Assembly: GCF_018977255.1 (NCBI RefSeq)
Contig: NW_024704742.1
Coordinates: forward strand, 14,386,001-14,450,000
Direction: 5' to 3'
Source: Callorhinchus milii
Taxonomy: Eukaryota
Length of the DNA stretch: 64,000 nucleotides
The position numbers were made by a program, and so were the translations under genes. A model generated the notes under the pieces. That model was not told the origin of the DNA. It saw only the letters and a list, made by a program, of their open reading frames with translations, and did no database searches. Positions 1-12,483 of this stretch are shown one piece after another; position 1 is the stretch's first letter, and the number at the start of each line of letters is the position of its first letter.

Positions 1-356
1 CAGTCGATCCTCCCTCGGTGGTTCCTGTAGAAGCACCAGGGTTTCAGCCGCCCGTCGGGGTTGCGGCAGAGGCTGTGCGCTCCCAGACCCCTGTGGGGGA
101 ATCTGTGGATGAAATCGGGGATCTTACTCCACTTCAGGCACCTGTGCCCGGACTCTGTGAGCCCGAGGGATCGGCTGGAGTCCGGAGCGGCAGCGGCGGA
201 GCCCCGGACCCGCGCACAGTCCCCCGACTCGGTGTCGGACGAGTGGACGGTGTCAAAGCGCCAGACTCCAGCGCTGGCGACCAGAGCAACAGCGGCGGCG
301 GCGGCGGCGGCGGCGGCGAGCAGTCCGGCCGCCCCCGTCCTCATCACCACCGCCAT
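1..356 (-). CDS. PRSS12: Neurotrypsin first coding exon (partial, continues past the window start): signal peptide and kringle domain
   Basis: Manual minus-strand translation from the ATG at 356 is open to position 1: MAVVMRTGAAGLLAAAAAAAAAVALVASAGVWRFDTVHSSDTESGDCARVRGSAAAAPDSSRSLGLTESGHRCLKWSKIPDFIHRFPHRGLGAHSLCRNPDGRLKPWCFYRNHRGRID. The kringle motifs CLKW and CRNPDG..PWCFY..GRID match neurotrypsin as I recall it. PRSS12 neighbours METTL14 in other vertebrates. The ORF track lacks it because there is no stop in the window. Confidence 0.9.
   Translation of the reverse strand, partial: MAVVMRTGAAGLLAAAAAAAAAVALVASAGVWRFDTVHSSDTESGDCARVRGSAAAAPDSSRSLGLTESGHRCLKWSKIPDFIHRFPHRGLGAHSLCRNPDGRLKPWCFYRNHRGRID
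294..317. repeat. (GGC)8 trinucleotide encoding poly-Ala in the PRSS12 signal peptide
   Basis: Direct read; GCC codons on the minus strand. Confidence 0.9.
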
Positions 357-373
357 CTGCCAGTGTCCATCAC

Positions 374-767
374 CTGAGCAAAGAGCAGCACACGATCCTG
401 GGGGGGAGGGGGGGGGGGGGGGGAGAGGGGGGTCTCACTGCAATCAGCTGCTATAAGCTCTCAGGTCCCACAGGCGATCAAACACCGTTAGATGTGTCGG
501 GGGCGTCAGAACAAATAGCAGTCATCATCACTTGGCATTTTGTTTGGCTTTTCTTCCTCCCCCTCACACAGCAAAGCGGTGATCAGGACTTGTGACTGTC
601 TGTCTGTATCCCGGGACAGGCACTGTGGCACTTCAGGGCACGTTCACGGTGTCTCCTTTAGCCCCGAGGTGTGAGTCAGGCTCTCAGCAAAGGCAGGAGG
701 GGAAGGCACAGGGGGGAGGGAGGGGAGGGAGGGAGGGAGGGAGGGAGGGAGGGAGAGGAAAACATAC
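374..767 (-). other. PRSS12: Putative 5'UTR intron of PRSS12
   Basis: Minus-strand donor AAG|GTATGT at 768/767. Acceptor ctctttgctcag|G at 374/373, preceded by a long poly-C tract (poly-G on plus, about 400-433). Confidence 0.45.
711..757. repeat. (GGGA)n purine-rich microsatellite
   Basis: Direct read. Confidence 0.85.
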
Positions 768-1537
768 CTTAAGAGACTTTCCGAGATAAAACCAAGGAAG
801 ATTTGGAATAGTTTGTAAGATTTGCACAATGCTGCGGGGTGGACAGGGAGCCGCTGTGGAGCAGAGCTATTAAAGGATAAAGATAACTTATTGTTAGCAA
901 TAAGTGTATATGTTCATTTTAATGTTTAAGTTAATTTTCTTCCAGAGTGAATCGTGTAGCCTGAGACACAGTACAAGACTGTGCTGGAACCAAACGTGAG
1001 GTTTATCGTATTGCATATACTATATGTCTGCGTTTATATATATATATATATATTATATAGTTTCAGTGAAAATTGCCTGGTGTTTCTGGCAGAAAGTTGC
1101 AGTAACTGATGTGCTGTGTTGCATTGACCAAATCCTAACGATAGCAAAGTTGGACAAGGGGGAAGGGGAATGAGAGGGGGAGGTGGACACTGGAAGAAGT
1201 CCTGATGTCTGTGCTGGTGTCTAAAACGATGCAATTCTTTTGTTTGCAGTGTTTCATCTGCAGGATCATTAGCCCCGCGATTTAGGTGCTAAAACTGCTG
1301 TAACTAACAGGGTTTAACTGTTAACACACACACACACACCTATCATTACAACGCTCTCAAGAAACAAAATATTCACGACCTATATACATACATTGTGTGG
1401 GTCGGTTATCTCAACCAGTTTTATCGGATCCCCGCAAAACGGGAAGATTTTGCAAACGAAGAAAAATCTCAGTCCTTTTTTTATTAATGCCACTTCCCTT
1501 TCTAAAGCCTTCTTTGTTGTCTGGGTTCTCAGTGCTC

Positions 1538-1657
1538 TTTCTTTGTTTCTTTCTTTCTTTGTTTCTTTCTCTCTCTCTCTCTCTCGCTTGATTACTATAT
1601 GTGAATGAAGGACATCGACCCATCCATCGATCCATCGATCCATCCATCCATCCATCC
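1538..1657. repeat. Compound microsatellite (CTTT)n/(CT)n followed by (TCCA)n
   Basis: Direct read. Confidence 0.8.
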
Positions 1658-3132
1658 CCAAGCAAACTGCCACCACACACTTGCAGGGCTGCACTGAGCA
1701 GCAGAGGTGTGTTGTGTGGTGTTATTGCCCTGAGGAACAAATTGAAAGACTCGCGTTAAATTGCTTACCGAAGCAACAGTGACATTTCTGTGCACTGCAC
1801 CGTTGCCTGACTGCTCCTCACTGGCACATACCCTGAGCAGCCACACAGCACTCACTCAGTCAGATTGCAATTCTTAAACAGCAATGTTGCCATCACCGAA
1901 TCAAAGCCACTTTGAGGACCAAAAGCTTCCCCCCCCCCCCCCCCCCACTCCCTAAAAAATGTCAACATCTGTAACTTTAACGAGTGAGCTTCTGCCACGT
2001 TTTACGTTAGAGGCAGAGAAACGACACACAGGGGAACACAAAGAAGTACTACTTCGTGGGAAGGGCGCTGTATAAATGCAAGTTGTTGCTGCTGTTGTAA
2101 ATGGCTGGAGAAAGCAGAGAGGTAGTTGCGTGCTGTTTTGTTTACCCTTTGGAAGCTGCGGTTGTGTTGAATGTGAATTGCAAAATCCTGCACAAGCACA
2201 GACCGGTCCAGACAGCTGAGCTTCTTATTTCAGTGTCTTCTTGCATTGGGAAGTCAGTGAGCACAGGATTCCCAGGACAACTCCAGCAACCCAGCCCTCC
2301 AAGCACTCCTCTGTGGCTCCTTTCCAAAGCACAGGTTGATGGGGATGCCTCACTTTCATTTTCCCCCTTCTCTGACAACAGCTTTCACACCTTCCCCCCC
2401 ACCCCCCCCAGAGCAAACCTGATTTACAGACAGTCAATTTCAGTCAGTTTCCAGCGCTTTGGGACTTCATCCCGATGTGAAGGGTGTTATATAAATGCAA
2501 TTTACTGTTGTTGTTTTCAATCAGATAGGCTCTCAGGTACATTTCCCTCTTTTCCTTGCTGAAGTGCCATTTAAACCATCGGTTCCCTATTCCTTCAAGA
2601 AACAAAAATTAAAAAGTACAGTTGCTGCGCATGATCACTCATCTCAATCTGACATTGACCAAGATTTGTGGTGATGAAAAAATATCACCTTGCTTTGTGC
2701 CACAGTCCAGTGAAAGCGATAATGAACAGAACAGTATTGCTGCTGTGACCTCAACTGCAGTTTAAGAAGAACCACCTAATTGTGTATTTGTACAGTTGAT
2801 GGAAACAGAGTGACCCATGACAGAAAACCGATTGCTCTTGTGATGTGGTCAACTCACTGAACGTAACATGGCAGTTTTCTAATTCCAAATAAGACATGCT
2901 TTCGTGGTTTTCAGAGATAAATCTTTACGGCAGAGGTACCAGTGAATTTTAAGCTCTAGATTCTTTATTGCTCCTTCTCTCCTCTTTCCCAGAATTGTAA
3001 GGCACTGTGCGCTGTATAGACAATAATAATCCTTGCAAATAATATAATGCCTGATCTCGTTGAAACATCAAGGTTACTTTAAATATAGTGCCTGTATTAT
3101 TCAAAACTCTGCGGCTCGTGCCCTCCCAACAG

Positions 3133-4050
3133 CATTACATTTATATGGTGCCTTTCACATCGGAAGAACGTCCCAAGGTGCTGGACAATCAGGGGTCAGG
3201 ACCCGAGCATGAGGGAGGGGTAGGGTAGGGGGGAGGGAAGGTAGAGAGATGGGAGGGCGACTGAAGGCACGATCGAAGAGGAGGGTCTTGAGACCGGCCT
3301 TGAAGGAGGCAAGTGAGGAAGCGAGGTGAAGAGACTGTGGGATGGAGTTCCAGAGTGTGGGGGCAGAGAGGTTGAAAGCTCGGCCACTGATGGTAGGGCG
3401 GGAGGCATGGAGCAGGCCGGAGCCTGCTGAACGGAGGGAGCAGGCAGTTTGGTAGGGAGTCAGCAGTCAGAGAGGTAGGAGGGGTCAAGGCCATGGTGGC
3501 CTTGAAAGTGAGGACAAGGATATTGAATTCGATCCTCTGAGGGATGGGGAGCCAGTGGAGTTAGGTGAGGGTGGGAGTGATGGGATCACGGAGCCTGGTG
3601 CATGAGAGTAAACGAGCTGCCAAGTTTTGGATGATTTGCAGCTTACAAAAGAAACAGTTGGGAAGGCCGATGAGGAGGGAGTTTCCATAATCGAGCCTTG
3701 ATGTGACGAATGCGTGGGTGAGGGTTTTGGCAGCCTGAGGGGTGAGGCAGTGGTGGAGTCTGGCAATGTTGCGGAGGTGGTGGTAGGCAGTGCTGGTCAT
3801 GGCGCAGATGTGGGGGAGAAAGGACAGTTCAGGGTCAAATGCATACATGTGGAAATTTACCCCATGTCTGCAGATGATGTCACCAATGGGGAGCATGTAG
3901 AGGGTGAAGAGGAGGGGATCAAGGACAAAGCCCTGAGGAACGCTGTACGAGACGGTGCGGGGGCTGGAAGAGAAGCCGTTTGCAGAGACGAAGTGGAGGC
4001 GGTGTGAAAGGACTGAACCAGTCAAGGACAGAACTTTGAAGGTTTTGAGG
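3133..4050 (-). mobile_element. L2-clade LINE 3' fragment (RT C-terminal part and 3' tail), degenerate
   Basis: Minus ORF contains [26 protein letters not shown] and [13 protein letters not shown]. The L2 tail (reverse complement of ...aaaggcaccatataaatgtaatg) is at about 3133-3190. Confidence 0.9.
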
Positions 4051-4089
4051 TGGGAGGAGAGGCAGTGGAGGAGGATTAAGTGATCCACA

Positions 4090-4571
4090 GTACTCTCTTG
4101 CACCAAGCTCCGTGAGCCGATCACCACATCTTCACCTGGCTTCACTGGCTCCTCATCTCCCAGAGGAAGGAGTTTAGGATCCTCATCCTCACTTTCAAAG
4201 CCCTCCACAGTCCTGCTCGTCCCTGGTCTGTGACCTACTATCACCTTACCATCCTTCCCGCTCTCTCTGCTCAGCGGGCACTGGACTGCTCCATGTCCCC
4301 TGTCTCTTCCACCATCAGCAGTCAGCATTTCTGCCCTCACCCTCTGGAACTCCATTCCAGAATCTCTTCACCTTGCCCCCGCCTTTGCCTCCTTCAAGGT
4401 CCATATCAAGACTTTTCTCTTTGACCATGACTCTTTGACCGTGAACATCCTCCCAGTCCCATCCCCCTTGGTCCCCTTGATTTGAACCCTTAGCCCGGGT
4501 GCAAACTGTCGATTGCTTGGGATGTTATCCTGAGGTGAAAGCACTATATGAATGCAATTTGTTGTTGTTGT
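4090..4571 (+). mobile_element. L2 3' fragment ending in a (TTG)n tail
   Basis: Contains cactggctcctcatctcccagagg, cctctggaactccatt and gtgaaagcactatatgaatgcaatttgttgttgttg. Confidence 0.85.
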
Positions 4572-4710
4572 ATTTGTACGCAAAGGCAGAAGCCAATTTT
4601 CACATAGCAACAACAGCAACAAAATTACATTTATAGAGCGCCTTTCTCGTCGAGAGGATGTCCCAAAGCGCTGAAATAGCAATGTCTTGCAGACACCTAG
4701 AAGGTGAATG

Positions 4711-5027
4711 ATAATAATAATCCTTGTCTCAAAGTCAGAAAACACTGTGAAGTAAATTGACTGTATATTTTGTGGGTGAAACGCAACAACCAATTGCGCA
4801 CAGCAGTGTCCCACAAACTGAGGGACTAAATTATTATTATTTTTTTAAGGGATTATTATGCCCGGAAAAGCGATCCACCAATCAACTGACAACCGGGTTT
4901 CTTCTTACTGTTAGGTAAACAGAGGCGTGAGGAGTAAGGAAACTTGCCTAACGTTTTGCCCTGCTTGGAATCAAACCCAGGTCCTCTTGTTTGCGAGGCA
5001 AATGCTCTAAATAAACTACAGGACTCC
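4711..5027 (-). mobile_element. tRNA-derived SINE, long form
   Basis: Reverse complement has a ggagtcctgtag head, B-box, ttactc..gcctctgtttacctaacagtaag segment and (TTA)n tail. Confidence 0.85.
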
Positions 5028-5625
5028 ATCTGGAGGATTATTGGCCAGGACACCAAGTTCCCTTCTGATTTTCAATAGTGACTTTTTTTAATGTCTACCT
5101 GAACAGAAAGACAAGACTTCAGTTTAACCTCTCATCCGAAGGACAAAACCTCTGATAATGCAGTGCTCCCCAATGCCACAATTTAAGTGAATGCAGTGGG
5201 TAGAAGAGTGGGGTGTGAGCAGATTGGAGAGGAAGGGAGGTGGCAGGGTATGAAGGGAAATGGGATAAGAATTAAAGTGAGCCTGTAAGACAAACATAAA
5301 GGATATCAAATATGCATTTTAGTGCCACATGCACACATCGCAAGTTAGGAAAACAGATGTGCTGATAATATAGTTAAATATAGATTTCTGGACCGATTTC
5401 TGTCTTCTGTCCTGATGTGATTCACTGGGAAATGTAAATGTTTGCATAATCCTGTGGAAAATAAACATAATGTAAATGATTTATACCACAATATAGTTGT
5501 CTGTGTCTTGAAATTTCGCTCCTCGTTTCTCACAGTGGTTATTATTCACATCATGGTTTACTGATGTGTACCATATTACCACATCAAAAGAAAATAATGG
5601 GTGGAGGCTGACTCAGCTGCCTTGT

Positions 5626-5757
5626 AATAATAATAATAATCCTTGCATTTGATATAGTTATTTTCACATCGGGAGGAAGTCCAAAAGCGCTTCACAGAAC
5701 ACAAAGTGAATTGACTGTATATTTGTGGGCGAACGCGGCAGCCAATTGCGCAATTGT
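5626..5757 (-). mobile_element. SINE 3' fragment
   Basis: taataatccttgcatttgatatag...gcagccaattgcgca matches the family 3' end. Confidence 0.85.
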
Positions 5758-7289
5758 ACTGTAATGGTAATTTTCTTCTCATAGCAATTTATACCTATGA
5801 GTATTCAGCGTGCGGCAAAGTAGTTTTATCCAAGTAGCATTTCAATTTTTCACAATCTCCTTGTAAATGTCAAGAGCTGTCTGGAGGTCCTTGTACAACT
5901 GAATACTCAATACTGTTCGAGGGAGTCCTATCTTATTTAAACATGACATAAGCAATTCTCGACTGACCTGGGTTAAAGATCTTCAAGCAAATATATTCTG
6001 TGGCAACATGTGGCCTTCATAACCGCATAGTATATAATACGCTATATTTTTACTTTACCCAGAAAATCATGGGTTAATAGATGTTATTGAAAGGAGTGAT
6101 TGAAAGAGTGCTACCCTAACCTTACATTATCATTAACTTACCAGGCCGCTTCGTGGAATAAAACTGAAACCAAGTCAAACCTCATTTGCTGTGACCTCAA
6201 TCAGGATGCATTTTAGTTTCACTTGGTCCTGTGATTAGGATGTTAAGATCCCGAACTGTTCAATAAAATCCTCTTTAATTGTGACCCTGAATCTCAGGTA
6301 GAACACAACCAAAAAAGAACAACTCACGAGCAATTAATTATGACCAGCGAGCATAGAGTGAAGTTTAATAATAATAATTAATAAAACTATTCAAAGGTGG
6401 CTTGACAAAATACCTAGTGAACAAAATATCAACCTCCTGCAAAAAGGAGCTATTTTAGCAAGCTCAAATATATTAAGAAAAGTAACATCCATTCATATGC
6501 AATGTGGCAGCATTATTGGACTCGCTGACCCGTCACTGAAAACACCTCTATAGTACTTTTCACGTCGGGAGAATGTCGCAAAACACTTACAGATTTTAAA
6601 ATGTAGTGACTGTGTGTTTTGTAGCATATTTGATTTTCTTATAAACTTTGAGAACTGATCAAATGGCCTGCAATGGTTTAATTCATGTCTTGTATATTCT
6701 TAATGTTCCTATTTGTACTCAAGCCAGGCAGNAAAAAAGAGGCAAATGAACATTAATAGCACACTAAGGATTTGTGATCTTAAAGCTCGTGAACAATACT
6801 TGAGTTCATTAATCTTTAAACAAATCAATTGTAACAAAACAGGTGAACATCGCTTACAATCTGGTTTGGGAGATCTTGAAACAAGGGCAGAAAACAATTG
6901 CTGCTGACGATTTTGTTTTGGTGGCCAGGTTTGTGACAGGCAAATTCATGTGACACATTATAAATTCACTCAGTAAAAACAGCAATTGGTTCTCAAGAGC
7001 TATTTGCTCTCACAACCTTAAATACTCACAATACTCTCTTTATTTTTTTTAACAGCATTTAATGGGAGCTAAGTGGGAAGAATCCTCTTCCCAGTCCTTC
7101 AAAGTGGAATCTGTATCTCTTGTCATCTTACAATCTGCTCATTCAAGGGGTACAAATGATCAAATGATTCGGCACTGATTGCTCTTACTGGATTTTATGT
7201 GGTTTTGTGATAATGTATGAATTACCACATAGAAGTTTGCGGATAAAAAGAAGATATGCATTTATTTCAGTAAAACAGGTATCAGTTTG

Positions 7290-7510
7290 ATTTAATTGGT
7301 AGCACTTTTGTCTGTGGGTGAGAAAGATATATGCTCAAGCCCCAAATCAAGGTATGAGCTCGTAACCACTGCAGTGTTGGAAGATTGCTGCACTGTTGGA
7401 GGTGCTCATCTTTGTAGACATGTTAAACTGAGGTTCTGCTTGCCTGATGAGGCCTTGATATGATGGCACTGTTGGAGAAGAGAGTTTTTCTTGTTTTTTG
7501 CCAAATAGCT
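7290..7510 (+). mobile_element. Old Deu-type SINE fragment
   Basis: gctgcactgttggaggtgctcatctttgtagacatgttaaactgagg resembles the Deu domain of AmnSINE1/SacSINE1-type SINEs as I recall it. Confidence 0.6.
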
Positions 7511-7777
7511 GCCTTGCTTGCCTACAAAAAGCAATCATTACAAGCAGTAATGCAAAGAGCTTTTTGACATGATTACAAAAATGCAAGCTTTAGCTTTCTG
7601 TAAAAATGAACAATGACCTCAGCATCATATGTTAAAATATCAAATTAAAAGTGCTTAATAGGTACTGTAATGGACTCATTTAAACAGTGTTGTTCTTTGC
7701 TCCTATTCAAAAGCTACACAACTCCTAAAAGTGTAGTACCATATATATATATGGTTTGGGGGCGATCTTTGGAGTTT

Positions 7778-8063
7778 GGAGTCCTGTATCTCACTTTGCA
7801 AGCGAGAGACCTGAGTTCAATTCCAGGCAGAGGGCGAAACCTTGGGCAAGTTTCCTTACTCCACACGCCTAATAATAATCCCTCCAAAACCAAAAACAAT
7901 AATAAATTGGTCATTTTCAATCTACGATTATTTGTGGGACATTGCTGTGCACAATTGGCTGCCGCGTTTGCCCACAAATATACAGTCAATTCACTTTACA
8001 GTGTGTTCTGTGAAGCGCTTTGGGACTCCTCCCAACATGAAAAGCGCTATATCAAATGCAAGG

Positions 8064-8095
<32 letters not shown>
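7778..8095 (+). mobile_element. tRNA-derived SINE, short form (A-box region deleted)
   Basis: Near-identical to 45033-45345 and 58480-58815; long (TTA)n tail. Confidence 0.9.
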
Positions 8096-8097
<2 letters not shown>

Positions 8098-8418
8098 CAT
8101 TATTATCTGGAAGAATATATTATAATATAGCCTCAGGGTATATTTCCAGGAATCGTTTTGATGTATAAATTCAATTATATACTGGAGTCTAATTCAGTGA
8201 ATATTTAAACTTGAGAATGTTTAAATTTTTTGGTGGTTTGCTCTTAAGCTTTATAATGTTATTTAAGAACTAGTTGTACTCTCAGTTCTTTAATAATATT
8301 TGAAAAACAAGCTAACAATTATTGTTTTTCATAGTCCTCAGCAAGTTAACATTAATCCATTCTCCTGCTTCAAATTGAATTTACTACATCAATCCATCTT
8401 GCTTTACTCACACAGTAT

Positions 8419-8703
8419 TATAATAATTCTTGTATTTGATAGTGTTTTTCACGTCTTCTAGACGTCTCAAAGTGCTTCACAGAATTTACTGTAAAGTGAA
8501 TTGACTGTATATTGGTGGGCAAAATGCGGCAGCCAATTGCGCACAGTAGTGTCCCACAAACAGTTGTGGATTGAAGTGACCAATTTTTTTTGTTTGTTTT
8601 TGCTTTATTTTTATTGAGGGCTTATTATTAGGCGGGTAGAGTAAGGAAGCTTGCCCAAGGTTTACCCCTGCAGCCAATCAAAGCCAGGTCTCTCACTTGT
8701 GAG
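8419..8703 (-). mobile_element. tRNA-derived SINE, 5'-truncated
   Basis: Reverse-complement match to the family body and tail; inverted relative to 7778-8095. Confidence 0.85.
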
Positions 8704-10710
8704 AGATGCTTTATAGGACCTCAGGTATAAAAGTAATATACAGTAGTACACATCCTTATGCTCATTGATATGGCTTAGGTAATAAGCTAATCTTTTTCTG
8801 AGAAATAGCAACAACTTGCTATTCAGTTGAAAGGTATTCATATAATACCTTTCAAATGAAAGAATGCCTGAAAATGGTTAACAATAAGAGTGTGAATGAA
8901 TCTGAGGAAGAAGTGAAAGGAGATAACTGAAGGCAAGGATGAAAAGATGCTTCTTTAAGAGAGATTGAAAATAGATTTGTAACAAGGCAAAATGGTTTAG
9001 GAAAAGAGATTCAAAGAATAATTGTCATAGCTAAAGGCTCAGTACGAAATGTGAAGTGGAGAGAGCAAAGAATGATCAGCAAACCTGAGAATTGAGGGTA
9101 TCGGCTGGGATGCAGTTGTAGAAGATTGCACAAGTAGGGTGAAGCATGGCTGGGCTAGGGTTTGTAAATAAAGATCTCTAATTTGATCGGTCGATGGACA
9201 GTGACCTGGTGCAGCTTGATAAGGAAGAAAGTGGTAACTGCAGAACCTTCTTTGGGTGAGAATTGGCTGAGGATTCTGGATAACAGCAACAACAAAAAAA
9301 GTACATCTCTGTTAAGTTAAACTCTGTGAACAGCAAAGCCATTAAAGCTACCATTCCATAAATCTAACTTTGAGGTAATAAAGGCATGCCGAAGGTTTTC
9401 ACTGGAGTGGGATGGTGGATTAGAGTGTAAGCAGACAAGCAGGAAGTTGAAATAAATAGTCCTAATGATGGATGTGAGGTTTTAAATATTATGGCAAGGA
9501 CTAGCAGATTGTATCCTAAAACAGACAAGTTTTATTTAGTCATTTATTACTGGACATAAATTACTAATGGATACAGGAACAACAACAACAACTGGCATTT
9601 ATATAGTGTCTGTCATACAGGTTGCGTCTCAAAGGGATTAACAGTGTCAAATCCTGAAACTGAGCCGGGGAAAGGGGAAGTGACCCTCAAAGAATAATAT
9701 TATACAGCACAAATTAACTGTATGTGACTTCCAAAATGTTTCCAACTAGTGTCTCTAGTTTTTTCTTCTGCACTTTGCTTCCTTTTTTTCCCCTCGTTTT
9801 TTCCAAATTCTGAACTTGGGCCTGTTCCTCACTGTAACTGAAGAAAATCCCAGGTTCACTTGGGCCATAGAGATAAACTGAAAAGCAATTTCCCAGCTTC
9901 CATTCGTAAACTGAAATGTTCCTCTGGTCTATGGTGATTACTCTTATTTGATAAGAATCCATCAATAGATATTAAAATGCGATTGTCTACCACATTCTGT
10001 CCAGCTGTAGGAATGCAAAGACAATTCCATACTATTTTTGTTAAATAAATCAAAGGCAATAGAAACTTTTGATCTTTAGAACAAAAAGGTGAGAACATAC
10101 CTCTTTTGATCCTTGGTTGTCTGTGTGGAGCTATCAATATTATTTAAAATAGGCACATTTCCCACAATCTCCATAGTTTAGATGAGTTTAGATTTTAACT
10201 TCATGTCATGTCAGTCTGTTCAGGTTGCGGTTAAAGATCCTATGGCACATTCAAAGTGTTGTTTCTCCTGGTGTTTTGGCCAACAATCCCCCATTATCAA
10301 ATTGGTCAATACCTTCATGTCTGTTTGTGAGACATTGCTGTGAGCCAAATTGGCCACTGTGTTCATCTACAAAATATATACTGACTGCACTTTACAAGTA
10401 AATTCTGTGAAGTGCTTTGAAGTGACTTTCTGATGTGGAATTCTGTATCAAGGATTATATTATGTAAAATTATAATTGTGTTGTTTTGTCGAGTGTGATA
10501 AAAGTTGTAGTTCATCAAAGATTTGTCTTCATTGGGAAATCTGATAGAACAGCAACTCTACAGCATTCAAGAAAAGTGGTAATGTTGGATGGTCATTGCA
10601 CTCATTTTGAAGCTAACCCAATGTAGGTGGATGTCATCACCAAGAGCCAGATATTTAGCAAGGGAACACTGGGAACACTGACTTGACCATGAAAGTTAAT
10701 GTTCTGTGTA

Positions 10711-11020
10711 GTTCTGTAGCTCAGTGGTTAGAGCACTTGCCTCACAAGCGAGAGACCTGGGTTCAATTCCCGGCAGGGTGAAACTTTGGGCAAGTTTCCT
10801 TACTCCACACACCTGATAATAATCCCTCAAGAAAAAAAACAATAATAAATTGATCATTTCAACCCATGACTGATTGTGGGACACTGTTGTGCGCAAGTGG
10901 CTGTTGTGTTTCACCCACAAATATACAGTCAATTCACTTTACAGTATATTCTGTGAAGCACTTTGAGACATCTAGAAGACATGAAAAGCGCTATATCAAA
11001 TGCAAGGATTATTATTATTA
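10711..11020 (+). mobile_element. tRNA-derived SINE, short form
   Basis: A-box TAGCTCAGTGG, B-box GGTTCAATTCC, body and atcaaatgcaaggattatt tail. Confidence 0.92.
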
Positions 11021-11978
11021 AAGAATGGGAGGAGACCAACTGGAGGAGAAATAGTGATGGTGGTGAGACTGCTAGGAGTGAAATCATTAAAGGACGGTGC
11101 TGAGGAAATAGGCATTGAAGGATGGGTGTTGGATTTGAACAACAAACCAAAAGTGTGTTTCCTCCTTGCCCAGCAAATCCACATTTTTACAATGCAATCA
11201 CACCAAGGGCTTCTTTTGGAGACTGTTTTTCCCTTGGATTGTTAATGAAGTGTTACGTGCAGCAGATGGCTTAAGCAAAATATAATAATTGCACTGAACA
11301 TATTTTATTAGGAATCTACATGTACTCCGATTTTTAAAAATATCCTCATACATTAAGCTAATCTTGAATTCTTTACAAACTTTCACCATATTTGACTTTC
11401 AGTTAAACAACAAAGATCCCTTTCAATACATTGGTGTGCCACAAAATCTGACTCATTACAGCAATACAAACTGACATTATTCCACTTTATAATTGGTACT
11501 GTTTTTGCAATAATTTCAATGTTCCCCCAGAAAATTACCCTAGGTTCTTACGTACTGATTTCTGGCATAACAACTGAGGTACCTGAAAGTGTAAGCTATA
11601 GAATAAGAACAGTGTTACATGGCTACAATCTTTATTATACAGGATGGAATCTGAATCTTTTACATTATATAATTAAATGCATCATATACTGTGCCACTCT
11701 TTCTTAACTAAATAGCTCCAGTATGAATCGTTTGGGGTTTCCTGTGAAATAGTTTGAGCTGCGCTCCTGGAGTTGCTGCTAAAATTAGATAATTATTCCT
11801 TTTAAAACTTGCAATGAGTGTATTTTTGTGTATCCGGGTGATTTATGCTAGTACATGTCCTCCACTGAGTAAACAGTTCAGATCTAGTTCAGCCAGAAAA
11901 GTGTGGTTTACATAGCCAATGGGTGTACTGTAAATATTCTAAACCCTGCAAATGAGTAAACAAAGCCAGCATGCACTC

Positions 11979-12212
11979 AAAGGGTGGTAGAAATCTGGAA
12001 CTCTCTCCCCCAAAAGATCGTGGATGCTGGATCCATCCACACCTTCAAGAAAGAGATTGACAGATTTTTGGTAGAGTATTAATGGATATGGGAAGAAAGC
12101 AGGAAATTGGAATTGAAATTCTAGTAAAGATATAGATCAGCCATGATCTGATTAAATGACGGAACAGGCTTGACGGGATGAATGGCCTACTCCTGTTCTT
12201 ATGTTCCTATGC
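11979..12212 (+). mobile_element. CR1-clade LINE 3' end
   Basis: agggtggtagaaatctggaactctct (RVVEIWNSL motif) through gaatggcctactcctgttcttatgttcctatg, a typical CR1 3' terminus. Confidence 0.85.
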
Positions 12213-12483
12213 TGATAAACCGGTTGCGATATTTAGTTAGCAGTGAAATACTTATGACACACCACAGATCTTGGGAAAGTCCTAGAAGTCTAAACTATCT
12301 GCTCCTCATCTGGACAATATAAGTGACGGACTTTGCTTTGATCTTGGACTTACTTTGTATTTTCTTGGTTTGTTGTTTTGGTTTGTGTTTAAGACTGGAT
12401 TACTGAGTTAATCTGTATGGATGCAGTGAGGTGTTGCGAGTTTGTAAATTGTGTCAAAAATGTTTCATATCAGTCAAGAGTAT

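Noticed and set aside
18..456. Plus-strand ORFs 18..377 and 61..456
   Set aside because: They are antisense shadows of the GC-rich PRSS12 exon; the kringle motifs are on the minus strand.
6732..6732. Single N bases (also at 16986)
   Set aside because: These are assembly ambiguities next to A-runs, not biology.
7670..8168. Recurrent 60-150 aa ORFs (MGKFPYST..., ...NLGQVSLLHT...) here and at 24465, 45031 and 58447 that look like a gene family
   Set aside because: They are translations of SINE copies, with no consistent start, stop or splice structure.
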